Assembly: GCF_006345805.1 (NCBI RefSeq)
Contig: NC_043000.1
Span: 19,282,001 to 19,346,000 of the forward strand
Source of the DNA: Octopus sinensis
Taxonomy: Eukaryota
Direction of reading: 5' to 3'
DNA: 64,000 nucleotides
A program made the translations under genes and the position numbers. The notes under the pieces are model-generated. The model saw nothing but the letters and a program-made list of their open reading frames with translations. It did not search any database and was not told where the DNA came from. The number at the start of each line of letters is the position of its first letter. The first letter of the stretch is position 1. Positions 51,690 through 64,000 of the stretch are shown piece by piece.

Positions 51690-52620
51690 TGGTCGCAACA
51701 TTCTTGCAAAATATATGGATGAAGTTCAGCTAAGTTAAGCAGTCTTATTTGGAAATCAAACGAGAGAAGTTTGTTGACCAAACAGGGAAAATGGATGTCA
51801 ATAGTCTACTGTCTGCTCTACCGCCAGTGATGAATATTACAATTGCCGTAGAATCGATGAGAAAATTGCGTATGTTAAAGTAAATCTAGAGTGACAAAAG
51901 AATATTTTAGTAGAGTTTGGAAGGTATTGATGCAGAGCTGTCTGCATCTGACAAAACAACAGAGCTGTCTGCATTTGATAAAATCACATCCTACTTGCTT
52001 TCGCAGTGCACGTGCTTGTACCAAGATTTGAAATATTAGACTGGACACATAGAAATCTGCAGCCTGGACATTAGCACTTGAAAGATAGTAACGAATACTG
52101 GTGACTTCTGCATCAACAGTAACACTGGCCGGGTGTATGCTAGACGGCAGTATGGAGACAGAAATATAAACCAGTCCAGACAGCATGTAAGTGTTGCATT
52201 ATGTTAGTTACTGAAGAGGAATGAGAAAAATGAGTATATCAGTTGTATACTCAAGAGCAAAAGTAATATGATGAGATTAGGTGAAGAACGTCGAAATATA
52301 TTCTGAGTGTACAGCTGTTCCATATGAACCAAGAGTGGATGGACTAACCTACTAAACCAGACTGGAAAGAGAAATACTCATCATATCAGTAGAATGTGTA
52401 CATATCAACAACATTAATTGTGCCTTTGCTACTCAGGAACGGGAGAAAACTACTAAATATCTCATCAACAAAAGAGATAAGGATGCTTCTAGACTTTTAT
52501 TTCGTGACAGAAAATATTGATTGTGCCATTTCAGTGTGGAAGACATGACACATATCACCAGCTGCTGTTCAAAACTGTCGGTAAAAAAAAACATAGTTAC
52601 AAAAAGACTGTCAATTGATA
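51690..52620 (+). mobile_element. Decayed R4/Dong-like RT C-terminal and zinc-knuckle fragment
   Basis: With frameshifts: LDWT..EICSLDIST.KIVTNTGDFCINSNTGRVYARRQYGDR, and a CCHC-like LCHFSVEDMTHITSCCSKLS. Confidence 0.65.
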
Positions 52621-53012
52621 CATGCAGGGATGAGTGCCCTGACGGTCATACCAATGGTGCACCAGAGCAAGAATGTATCGAGACCTTTAAAAGTAAAGAG
52701 AACTGGTAGAGCGTTTCAATTTAAAAAAAGTTAGTCGGTTTGAAAATAATAGATCAGACAAGTAACCAAGTTAGGCGCTGTTATAGCTGTCTGGCGGATG
52801 TGAATGTCTTGTCAAAAATTGGAAATAGAATACAGAGAACTAATGGGAAATTTACAGCTTTTCTACCCAGACTATGGATTTTCATTTGTATTTACTGCCA
52901 TCGGCGCGCTGGGCTTCGGAACAATAGAAACAAATGGTCAGACATATATATATAAATAAATTACAGAGAGATATTCGTTCGTACATATTGTAGCCATTTT
53001 GTATTCATAGAC

Positions 53013-53202
53013 GGGGGCTAATGCAGTTTCACACCTCTTCTTGAAAAATGCATTTTTTAAAAGAAAAATTTTCGGGTTCCTACGTTTTAGATGTCGGAGA
53101 TTACGAATATGCCTATTCGACATCTAAAATGTAGGGATCCGAAAAAATTTTTTCAAAAAAAATGTATTTTTCAAGGAGAGGTGTGAAACTCCATTAGCCC
53201 CC
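53013..53202. mobile_element. Foldback MITE with ~84-bp arms
   Basis: Arms 53013-53096 and 53118-53202; flanked by the direct repeat atagac. Confidence 0.8.
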
Positions 53203-53253
53203 ATAGACGTTGGTGGACTCTGCAACGTAAATCGCTCCCATCTTTTTTAACGT

Positions 53254-53283
<30 letters not shown>

Positions 53284-53285
<2 letters not shown>

Positions 53286-55029
53286 AGTTTAGTCAACATT
53301 AAAATAACAAAACTAATGATGGAAATTTTTCCAAAACAGATTTCGAAAATTTGATCGATAACAGGTAAATTCAAGTGTACAGCTATGAAAATAGTGTTGA
53401 TAAGAATGTATTATGAATCGTCCACGTAATATTATCTAAAACTGATATTCCCGTAAACTGACTACACTGTTATCTACTTATCAATTTTGCAAACTTGATC
53501 CAAAAGAACGCGATATGAATCAATTGCCTATTCAGGGCGCCCTCGGTCACGGATCAACCTGTCTCTGCATATATAAATATATGCAGGACTGGGCAGAACT
53601 TTTTGCGTGATGCTGCCAGTTGTTAACATATACAAGTCACTCCTCTCCACGTCACTGTGTCCATCCAAGGGAAAAACCGCTCAGCAGGGCTGATACAGCT
53701 TGGCATCAACATCGCCCCAAGCATGTGTGTCAGAACGCAAAGAACTCGAACATACACCACAGTGCATCAATACCGATTCGCTATCATTCCCGATAATCCA
53801 CTGCTGTGGATTGATGCGATGATTTTATTGATCTCGAAAGGATGAACGTATCATGACTTTGGTAGGATTTGAACTCAGAGCTCAGAAAATTGGAAAATGT
53901 TCCATGACACATACTATTCAACTCATTAAAGACTCTACCAATTCGATACCTAATCAAGTATGTATGGAAGAATAAATTTCAAAAATATATAACAAGACAG
54001 ACAGACAGACAGATAAATAGATAGATAGATAATAGATAGATAGATAGAAAGATAGATAGATAGATAGATAGTACATACCTGCTACATTTCTGTGCCAACT
54101 GAGATGGGCCTGTTAAAATAATAAAATTTAAGATATGAGTTCTTAAGTCGTTTTTTTTCGCCTTTTGAGGTGTTTTTTAAAATTTACATATAAATACAGA
54201 ATTTGATTAAATTACTTGGTGCATAAATAAACATCGATAGGTGCGCACACACACACACAACACACACACACACACCACACACACACACACACACACACGA
54301 AGTTTAGTCAACATTAAAATAAAACTAATGATGGAAATTTTTCCAAAACAGATTTCGAAAATTTGATCGATAACAGGTAAATTCAAGTGTACAGCTATGA
54401 AAATAGTGTTGATAAGAATGTATTATGAATCGTCCACGTAATATTATCTAAAACTGATATTCCCGTAAACTGACTACACTGTTATCTACTTATCAATTTT
54501 GCAAACTTGATCCAAAAGAACGCGATATGAATCAATTGCCTATTCAGGGCGCCCTCGGTCACGGATCAACCTGTCTCTGCATATATAAATATATGCATGA
54601 CTGGGCAGAACTTTTTGCGTGATGCTGCCAGTTGTTAACATATACACGTCACTCCTCTCCACGTCACTGTGTCCATCCAAGGGAAAAACCGCTCAGCAGG
54701 GCTGATACAGCTTGGCATCAATATCGCCCCAAGCATGTGTGTTAGAACGCAAAGAACTCGAACATACACCACAGTGCATCAATACCGATTCGCTATCAGT
54801 CCCGATAATCCACTGCTGTGGATTGGTGCGATGATTTTATTGACCTCGAAAGGATGAACGGTATCATGACTTTGGTAGGATTTGAACTCAGAGCTCAGAA
54901 AATTGGAAAATGTTCCATGACACATACTATTCAACTCATTAAAGACTCTACCAATTCGATACCTAATCAAGTATGTATGGAAGAATAAATTTCAAAAATA
55001 TATAACAAGACAGACAGACAGACAGATAA

Positions 55030-55067
<38 letters not shown>

Positions 55068-55290
55068 GGATAGATAGATAGTACATACCTGCTACATTTC
55101 TGTGCCAACTGAGATGGGCCTGTTAAGATAATAAAATTTAAGATATGAGTTCTTAAGTCGTTTTTTTTCGCCTTTTGAGGTGTTTTTTAAAATTTACATA
55201 TAAATACAGAATTTGATTAAATTACTTGGTGCATAAATAAACATCGATAAGGTGCGCACACACACACACACACACACATACACACACACA
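53284..55290. repeat. Direct tandem duplication, period ~1012-1015 bp
   Basis: 53284-54245 is nearly identical to 54299-55256, and each unit is bounded by (CA)n. Confidence 0.95.
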
Positions 55291-56733
55291 TGTAGTATCT
55301 TTTGAGTGGCATGAGTATCTACATTCACTTCCAGTAGACTGGGATACGTTTCTGTGTTAATAAAAAAATAACATCTATTTCAACGAACTTACATAACGTA
55401 TTTCATTGAGCAAATTGTTCTTGGCTATGCGTTAGCATCGAGGTAAGACAGCTTGTAGTTGCTATATAAAAAAGTGTGATGCCAAAAGTCGAAGTCGAAT
55501 TCAATCGCTTATAATCTACCATCTTATTATTGAAAATAAGGCAAAAGCAGCCAGATTCATTAGCACGCCGGATAAAATGCGCTGCGAAGTTTCTTAAGGT
55601 TGTACGTTTGAGGTCATATTCCGCTGTGGTCGGTTTTATTTTTCGTCCTTTTTGGGGAAAGGACTATCGAAAATAAGGCCATCTGCGTCGGCAAAACATT
55701 TTCGTGTGTTGGATTTCGGTAGGGGAATAAGGCAATTAGATCGATCCAGGTCTCAATAGGACTTCTTTCATCGATTGAACCCGGAATCATGTGGTTGGTA
55801 AGCAAGCTACTTTACCACACAACTACTCCTCGACAGGCTTCTTTCAGTTTCCGTCTACTAAATCCACAATAATCTACAATAACCCGTGGTTATAGTAGAA
55901 AACACTTACCCAAGGTGCCACGCAGTGGGACTGAACCCGAAACCATGTGGTTGGAAAGCAAACTTCTTACCACACGGCCACGCCTGCACCTATATATCTA
56001 ACTTTTTTTTTTCAGAATAGAATATTGCAAAAGCAGGCCCTCATTAGATTTCTTGTATTCTCATGGTTGTTGTTGAGGTAGAACAGTGAACCCATACGTT
56101 AGCATGCTTCGATGAATTATAGAGGTCCTGGACAAAAAAATATAAGCCGCACACGACTTCGAATGGATACTTTAATATGGTAACTGTTAGCAGTCGTGAC
56201 TCGATGTTAACGCATAATGGACAAGACAAATTTGATCAATGGAATACATTATGTAATTTCGTTGAAATAGATGTTATTTCTTGATGTTTGCGTAAGAGAT
56301 AACATACTGGTTCTCACTGTATGCACACGATAACTGTAGGAAGTCTTGGAGATGAAATTTCACCATGAAATGAATTAAATGTTAAGAAGATGAGCAGAAA
56401 TAGATATACATATGTTGACTGACAAGACTTAGATTATAAAAAAGAAAAAGAACACAATTGCAACCTGTGTATGTGAGTGTGTGCGTACGTGCGAGTGCGC
56501 GCGTGTGTATGTGTACATTGTGTGTGCGCGCGCAAAGACATAAAGTGCTAGTTATGAGCAGAATAAAGAGATGGTGAATTGTACATACGGAGATGGAAAA
56601 TGATGTAAGTTCTCTATAAAATGCTACAATCGAAAATTAAAACACTACCAGTTATCCAAATGGAGAGGATAAATTATATAAGCTCGACAAATTCTATTAG
56701 GATGGGTGTAAAGTTATTCTGAATTATGTAACT

Positions 56734-57118
56734 CTTTTACTCTTTTACATGTTTCAGTCATTTGACTGTGGCCATGCTGGAGCACTGCCTTTAGTCGAGC
56801 AAATCGACCCCAGGACTTATTCTTTGTAAGCCTAGTACTTATCATATCGGTCTCTTTTACGGGGACGTAAACACGCCATCATCGGTTGTCAAGCGATGTT
56901 GGGCGGGGGGGGGGGACAAACACAGACACACAAACACATACACACACATACATATAACGACAGGCTTCTTTCAGTTTCCGTCTACCAAATCCACTCACAA
57001 GGCTTTGGTTGGCCCGAGGCTATAGTAGAAGACACTTGCCCAAGGTACCACGCAGTAGGAATGAACTCGGAACCATGTGGCTGGTAAGCAAGCTACATAC
57101 CACACAGCCACTCCGGTG
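56734..57118 (-). mobile_element. SINE family B
   Basis: Complete copy. Confidence 0.85.
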
Positions 57119-57426
57119 CCTAAAAGAAGAAAAGATTGAAAACAAATGTGATATGAGTGTTATAAAGAAACACGGTACAGGATCGTTTAAACCTAAAAAA
57201 CTTGCGTCTTATCAGCCAATAAACAGTGCCAGTGTAGCCGGCGCCGTTGGTCAATCCTACAATAAGCGGCCCGTTTCCCAGCCCTAAAATGTTCATCGCC
57301 TTCTCTCAGTCCTTCAATTAAAATCCTCTTTTTCAAATTTTTTTCTACATCATCCTCCAGTTATCAGCTACCTTTACACCAGCTTCAAAATGTATTCGAA
57401 TAATTAACTCGTAATAAAAAAATGTC

Positions 57427-57498
57427 GGTCTCATGGTGTAATGGTTAGCACTCTGGACTTTGAATCCAGCGATCCGAGTTCATGTCTCGGTGAGACCA
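57427..57498 (+). tRNA. tRNA-Gln(TTG), T-loop variant, possibly a pseudogene
   Basis: Complete cloverleaf: GGTCTCA/TGAGACC acceptor stem, D arm, CTGGA-CTTTGAA-TCCAG anticodon arm, CCGAG/CTCGG T stem. The T loop reads TTCATGT instead of the canonical TTCRANY, and no T-run terminator follows. Confidence 0.85.
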
Positions 57499-57734
57499 CA
57501 TGTGCTTCTAAAGGCGGTGCTCCAGCATGGCCGCAGTCAAATGACTGAACCAAGTAAAAGAGAGATAAAAGAGTTTCCTAATCCTTGATACGCCACTGAG
57601 TGAATCCCTTTATTACGAAAATGTTTAAATGTTTCATGTCAAGACATGTGACATTACCGTCCCGAAACCTTCCCTCTTACACATATCTTTCATCTGCCGT
57701 TGTTCCAGAATTGACTTTACCCACTTTCTTTAGT

Positions 57735-58126
57735 GGATAGATGGAAGCACTCCGTCGGCTACAACGACGAGGGTTCCGGTTGATCCGATCAACGGAACAG
57801 CCTGCTCGTGAAATTAACGTGTAAGTGGCTGAGCACTCCACAGATACGTGTACCCTTAACGAAGTTCTCGGGGATATTCAGCGTGACACAGAGAGTGACA
57901 AGGCCGGCCCCTTGAAATACAGGTACAACAGAAACAGGAAGTAAGAGTGAGAGAAAGTTGTGGTGAAAGAGTACAGCAGGGATCACCACCATCCCCTGCC
58001 GGAGCCTCGTGGAGCTTTTTATGTGTTTTCGCTCAATAAACACTCACAACACCCGGTCTGGGAATCGAAACCGTGATCCTACGACCGCGAGTCCGCTGCC
58101 CTAACCACTGGGCCATTCCGCCTCCA
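57735..58126 (-). mobile_element. SINE family C, full length
   Basis: TSD cactttctttagt. Confidence 0.9.
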
Positions 58127-58159
58127 CACTTTCTTTAGTTCTAACATTTTGTTCTTAAA

Positions 58160-58380
58160 TGTATTTAGAAATTTTGTGCAGGTTGTGGTACCCCAGATTT
58201 TAGCGTTGCCTCAGGTCATCGCTTATTTTACCAAATGGTAGCCGCCGACCTTGTCGGTGGGATTCTGTTCAGATTTCTAGAAAATTGTGTGTAAGTTGTA
58301 GTACCCTTGATTTTAGCACTGCACCAGGTGATTGCTTATTTTTCCAAATGGTAGCCGCCAACCTTGTCGGTGGGATTCCA
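58160..58380. repeat. Two-copy tandem repeat, period 113 bp
   Basis: aaatggtagccgcc...cttgtcggtgggattc recurs at 58233 and 58346. Confidence 0.8.
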
Positions 58381-58437
58381 TCCAGTTTCCTTGACATACA
58401 ATTGGACAATAGTGATATTGTTCTTCACAATTATTCA

Positions 58438-58863
58438 TTTACTCTTTACTCTTTACTCTTTTACTTGTTTCAGTCATTTGACTGCGGCCATGCTGGAGCA
58501 CCGCCTTTAGTCGAGCAAATCGACCCCGGGACTTATTCTTTGTAAGCCCAGTACTTATTCTATCGGTCTCTTTTGCCGAACCGCTAAGTAACGGGGACGT
58601 AAACACACCAGCATCGGTTGTCAAGCAATGCCAGGGGGACAAACACAGACACACAAACACATACACACACACTTATATATATATATACACACATATATAC
58701 GACAGACTTCTTTCAGTTTCAGTCTACCAAATCCACTCACAAGGCATTGGTCGGCCTGGGGCTATAGCAGAAGACACTCGCCCAAGATGCCACGCAGTGG
58801 GACTGAACCCGGAACCATGTGGCTGGTTAGCAAGCTACTTACCACACAGCCACTCCTGCGCCT
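58438..58863 (-). mobile_element. SINE family B
   Basis: Complete copy. Confidence 0.9.
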
Positions 58864-59716
58864 GAAGAAAGTTTATTTGACAAGTCAATCAACATCATCA
58901 TCATCATCATCATCATCCTTGACATGATTATCAGTAGCAGCAACAACAAAACCCAAAACAAGAGAGCATCGAGAAAAACCTTCAAAGATAAAAAGGTAGC
59001 AGAAACAATTCTTGTCAATGTTATTTCAATTATGGTTTAACTTTTTTTTCCGGTTGTCTTTGAATTGAATATTAGAGAATATTGTTAAGTTAAACTATTG
59101 ACAATTTCGAGTAACAATTGGATGTAGCCTTGTTCTGTCTATTGGGTGTAGGTGGTGATGGTGTTGGGCGCTGTATGAGTGTGGTCTTCTTGACAGCTGT
59201 GGTTTATGTTCTTGTGTAGAAGGTCACAACAAACAGCTAAGGGTTATTGTTTAATTGGGGACAAGCTGAACAGATGCAAAAACAAAAACATAAACGTTAG
59301 ATAGAGCTTACAGCTTTCGAGAAAAAGTAACAGTAAAAAAAGCCATTTATCTCCCCTTCTCGCCTCGCTCTCCTCCCTGTTATCGTATGGGAAAATTGTC
59401 TGAACATTACACTATCCAGAGGCGTAACCACTTATTTGTCATCTCCTCTTCATCTGCTTTCTTCTTCGTCATACATACCCTTTTTTTCCCCCTTCTTCAC
59501 CTCCACCATTCTCTTCATTAGCACCAGCACCAGTACCACCATCTCTTTAATAGTGACCTTGTACTGTTGCCGCCGCTGTTTCTGTTAATTCTATTAATTC
59601 CAGTACTGTTATTATTACTTCGACTGTCTATTCACCTAGAGTTCTATCCCTGGCGAAAAATTTCGATGCAGATGTCTCTCTCTCTCTCTCTCTCTCTCCT
59701 CTCTTTTCAACTATCT

Positions 59717-59783
<67 letters not shown>

Positions 59784-59850
59784 CATACATATACATATGT
59801 ACGTATTCTCTCTCGCTCTCTTTCTCTCTTTGTCTGTCTGTCTGTCTCCG

Positions 59851-59882
<32 letters not shown>

Positions 59883-60430
59883 CTCTTTCTCTCTCTTTCT
59901 CTCTCTCTATCCCACCCCCTCTCTCTCTCTCTCACACACTCTTTTTTGTCTCCATCTTCCCACTGCTACTGTTTATTTATCACCAAACCAGCCTCGCTTG
60001 ATTGCATTTGCCCCATCTTTTCTTCTAATAAACACAAATCTGACCCTCTCATTCTTCCTATATTTTTTCTCCGACCAGGATCCCGAATAAACATTAACCC
60101 ATTAATTACTATGAGCTCCTATACGTTGTACGACGCCCCCAGAAAAAGCAGTAGTCAACACGTCTCTTGGTAAATATTATCTATAGCAACTCATATAAAG
60201 ATAAGATATTTTTGATATATTGACGCATAAAAAATGATCATTATTTGTTGGATGGAAGTCAAGACACAGTTCTAGTTTTTTTTTTTTTTTTGACAGGAAG
60301 GAAGGGTTAGTAGTCGAGCCTTTACAGGGTCTCTGAAATTAATGGTGAACGGTAAATGCTACATGGGATTTGGTCCGAATGTCAGCAATTGCACTGTAGG
60401 TACCAAACGATCAGGTAATACTAAACCACG

Positions 60431-60845
60431 GCGGCGAGCTGGCAGACACGTTAGCGCGCCGGGCGAAGTGCTTAGCGGTATTTCGTCTGTCGTTACGTTC
60501 TGAGTTCAAATTCCGCCGAGGTCAACTTTGCCTTTCATCCTTTCGGGGTCGATAAATTAAGTACCAGTTACGCACTGGGGTCGATGTAATCGACTTAATA
60601 CCTATGTCTGTCCTTGTTTGTCCCCTCTGTGTTTAGCCCCTTGTGGGTAATAAAGAAATAGGTATTTCGTCTGTCTTTACATTCTGAGTTCAAATTCCGC
60701 CGAGGTCAACTTTGCCTTTCATCCTTTCGGAGTCGATAAATAAAGTACCAGTTTCGCACTGGGGTCGATATAATCGACTCAATCCCTTCGTCTGTCCTTG
60801 TTTGTCCCCTCTGTGTTTAGCCCCTTGTGGGCAATAAAGAAATAA
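60431..60845 (+). mobile_element. SINE family A, dimer
   Basis: Perfect 14-bp TSD aatactaaaccacg around the whole dimer. Confidence 0.9.
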
Positions 60846-61232
60846 AATACTAAACCACGCGATGAACTGAGTTTGAAAAACCAAATAGGCCATGGTGAGA
60901 TTCTAGCTCAAAACGCAAAGAGCTGAAACAAACAACACGCTTAATGAAGCGACGCTTTTGTTGTAAATTTGATGAATAAAGTAAATAAAGTTACCAAACT
61001 ATTGCAATACTTTTGATTCAACACAATATATACGCTGTTCTTCAGATAAGATCCCAAAAAGATTTCTATTAATTAAAGAGTTATGGTCGACTGCATCGAC
61101 CGTCATGGAATGTTGCTGGTGTTTATTTTATTAAAGCTAAAACGTGGTATAAAAAATCAAGATGATTCAGACAGGACTAGAACTTGTAATACAGAGGTAG
61201 GCATATCTAAATATTATAATGCATTCATTACG

Positions 61233-61323
<91 letters not shown>

Positions 61324-61694
61324 TTGAGGATTTCTGCTCCTGTAGGTATATGTAATACGTGTGTATAGGATCTAGTTAAACTGATTCACAAAATATACAT
61401 TTTTTTAAAGGAATTTAAAAAATCTAAAAATCGGCTATATTAATGTAGTTTTCTAGCCTTATTGCTATAAAGGTATGATGTTGAGGAGTATAAAATTGGA
61501 GCAATAAGTTACAGAAGTTTAAAAATCGAAAAAAAAAACTGTATTTTTAGCCAATAGCGAGACGGAAAATAACCTGCGTTTTCTGTGAACTTTATAGTTT
61601 AGCGTCTCTGAAATTACCTGTTCATTGTACGTTTCTAAATAAAATCAACATGAATCATCTTACTGCTTCTTTTGTCTCTTCATTGATTGCATGT

Positions 61695-62080
61695 AGCTTG
61701 CTAACCAACCACATGGTTCCGGGTTCAGTCCCACTGCGTGGCATCTTGGGCAAGTGTCTTCTGCTATAGCCCCGGGCCGACCAATGCCTTGTGAGTGGAT
61801 TTGGTAGACGGAACTGAAAGAAGCCTGTCGTATATTTATATATATATAATGTGTGTATATGTTTGTGTCTGTGTTTGTACCCCTAGCATTGCTTGACAAC
61901 CGATGCTGGTGTGTTTATGTCCCCGTCACTTAGCGGTTCGGCAAAAGACACCGATAGAATAAGTACTGGGCTTACAAAGAATAAGTCCCGGGGTCGATTT
62001 GCTCGACTAAAAGGCGGTGCTCCAGCATGGCCGCAGTCAAATGACTGAAACAAGTAAAAGCGTAAAAGAGTAAAAGAGTA
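61695..62080 (+). mobile_element. SINE family B
   Basis: Nearly complete, slightly 5'-truncated. Confidence 0.88.
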
Positions 62081-62347
62081 ATATACTCAAAGAAAAATTA
62101 AAACAAAACACGCGGGTGAAAAGAATCTCGAAGCGTGGAAAATCAACACAGAACAACGTGTGGCACAAATACGGGTGAAGTGAAACACAACACAGCGTGC
62201 GGTTGTCATGGTAACAAGCTGCTAATGCCACGCTGTCTGTTGATTGGCTAAAATTGTCCAAATTTCCCAACTTTAATTCCAAATAACCTCAGAATCTTAA
62301 ATTTACGAGATAAAGTAATTGGTTGATCGTAATCAAAAGTCAGAGTT

Positions 62348-62760
62348 ACTCTTTTACTCTTTTACTTGTTTCAGTCATTTGACTGCGGCCATGCTGGAGC
62401 ACCGCCTTTAGTCGAACAAATCGACCCCGGGACTTATTCTTTGTAACCCAGTAATTATCTTATCGGTCTCTTTTACCGAACCGCTAGATGACGGGGACGA
62501 AACACACCAGCATCGGTTGTCAAGCAATGCTAGGGACAAACCAGACACACAACACACACACACACACCCACACACACACACACACATAATATATTATATA
62601 TATATATATATACATATATACGACAGGCTTCTCAGTTTCCGTCTACCAAATCCACTCACAGGGCATTGGTCAGCCCGGGCTATAGCAGAAGACACTTGCC
62701 CAAGATGCCACGCAGGGACTGAACCCGGAACCATGTGGTTGGTAAGCAAGCTACTTACCA
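62348..62760 (-). mobile_element. SINE family B
   Basis: Nearly complete and inverted relative to the 61695 copy. Confidence 0.88.
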
Positions 62761-63236
62761 CTGCATCGATACACCAAAATTGAAAGCAATCTGAGCAAAC
62801 TTAAAGGGGACTCGTTTTGCGAATGAAAGTAATTAGATCCTGTGTATATTGTATGTGTTTGTAAATGTTTATATGTGTCCCTCTATGTATGTAAGACATA
62901 TACATACAATCGTACAGATACAAACATATATGTACGTGTCGGTGTAAATACATCAATACATGCATCGTCTGTTTTTCCGTCATTGTTTTTGTATACATTC
63001 AATGCTTTCTTCCAAAGAATCTAATGCTGTTAGCTTAGTTTTTCCTTGGGGCTGGCCAGATTGGAGCAATCTCAAGATTAATCAGTCGAAATTCCGAGGA
63101 TGATCCGGTTCTTGACTGAGGATAGAAAGCTTCGAATGACCTGTCCTTGTTTTTTTGTATCGTCTATCCGGATGTTTTGTTGTCCTTTTTTGTATCACCT
63201 AGTTGTCCGGATGTTTTGCGTTCTTGTCCCATTTTG

Positions 63237-63291
<55 letters not shown>

Positions 63292-63310
63292 ATATATATA
63301 ATATATATAG

Positions 63311-63341
<31 letters not shown>

Positions 63342-63422
63342 TACATATGGGCTATATTAAATCTCTGAGCGAGATCTAAACAGTAGAATCGTAACATATC
63401 ATTGCCAACCATTGCCAATCAT

Positions 63423-63791
63423 TGCTACTGACATTTATAGTCCCAGGAAGACCTCTCCTCCAGCTGGGTAACGGCACACATCCTGTGTCCGATTAGTATT
63501 TGCGAGGGTAGGTCATCGCTCCCAGACCTAGTCTTACGGGATACACACTGACTCGAGTTTCTGGATGGTTAGCCGTTCTCAGTGTGTCTTAAACACCAGC
63601 TAGTGATGAAAATTCACCCAGCTCGCAAAGTACTATATGCTTTTTTCCGGCGACGAACCGTCGCTGATCTCGAAAATGGAGAAATAAGCTATATTAAATC
63701 TCGCAACGCTAGGGATACTAATCGGACACAGAATGTGTGTTGTTAACCAGCTTGAGGAGATGTCTTCCTGGGGCTATAAATGGCAGTAGCA
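63423..63791. repeat. Imperfect inverted repeat, ~77-bp arms
   Basis: Arms 63423-63499 and 63715-63791; a related sequence lies at ~11153-11230. Confidence 0.75.
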
Positions 63792-63865
63792 CTGTCCCAC
63801 ATAGAACTGCACACTTGGCTGGCAATTATTAATTAATTATATATATATATAATATATATATATAT

Positions 63866-63924
<59 letters not shown>

Positions 63925-64000
63925 TACAAACAAACACACACACACACACACACACACACATAAAGGGAGAAAGGGATAGACAGACAGATACACAAATAAA

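Overview
AT-rich, repeat-saturated eukaryotic DNA. The SINE families and microsatellite load point to a coleoid cephalopod, most likely Octopus (inference). The only well-supported host gene is a minus-strand von Willebrand factor A (VWA) domain protein, collagen-VI/XII or matrilin-like. Three of its exons join in frame: 35739-35585, 26172-25734 and probably 24731-24678. Its first and last exons were not identified. One tRNA-Gln(TTG) gene with a T-loop variant is present. The rest is introns and intergenic DNA filled with three tRNA-derived SINE families, LINE fragments (CR1-like, RTE, R4/Dong, Hero), mariner relics, hAT MITEs, a Helitron helicase fragment, foldback elements, a ~1 kb tandem duplication and many microsatellites. 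Nearly all ORFs in the supplied track are microsatellite or SINE artefacts. The most interesting signal is a set of five minimal, Penelope-type hammerhead ribozyme motifs. The best, at 19424-19501, has an intact catalytic core, and four of the five carry an extra A between A9 and G10.1. Also notable: one SINE family forms multimers with the same junction, a Dong-type LINE sits in the (TAA)n tract abutting a VWA splice acceptor, and the tRNA-Gln is followed by an isolated SINE tail. All coordinates were read by eye; repeat boundaries are approximate unless a target-site duplication (TSD) is quoted.
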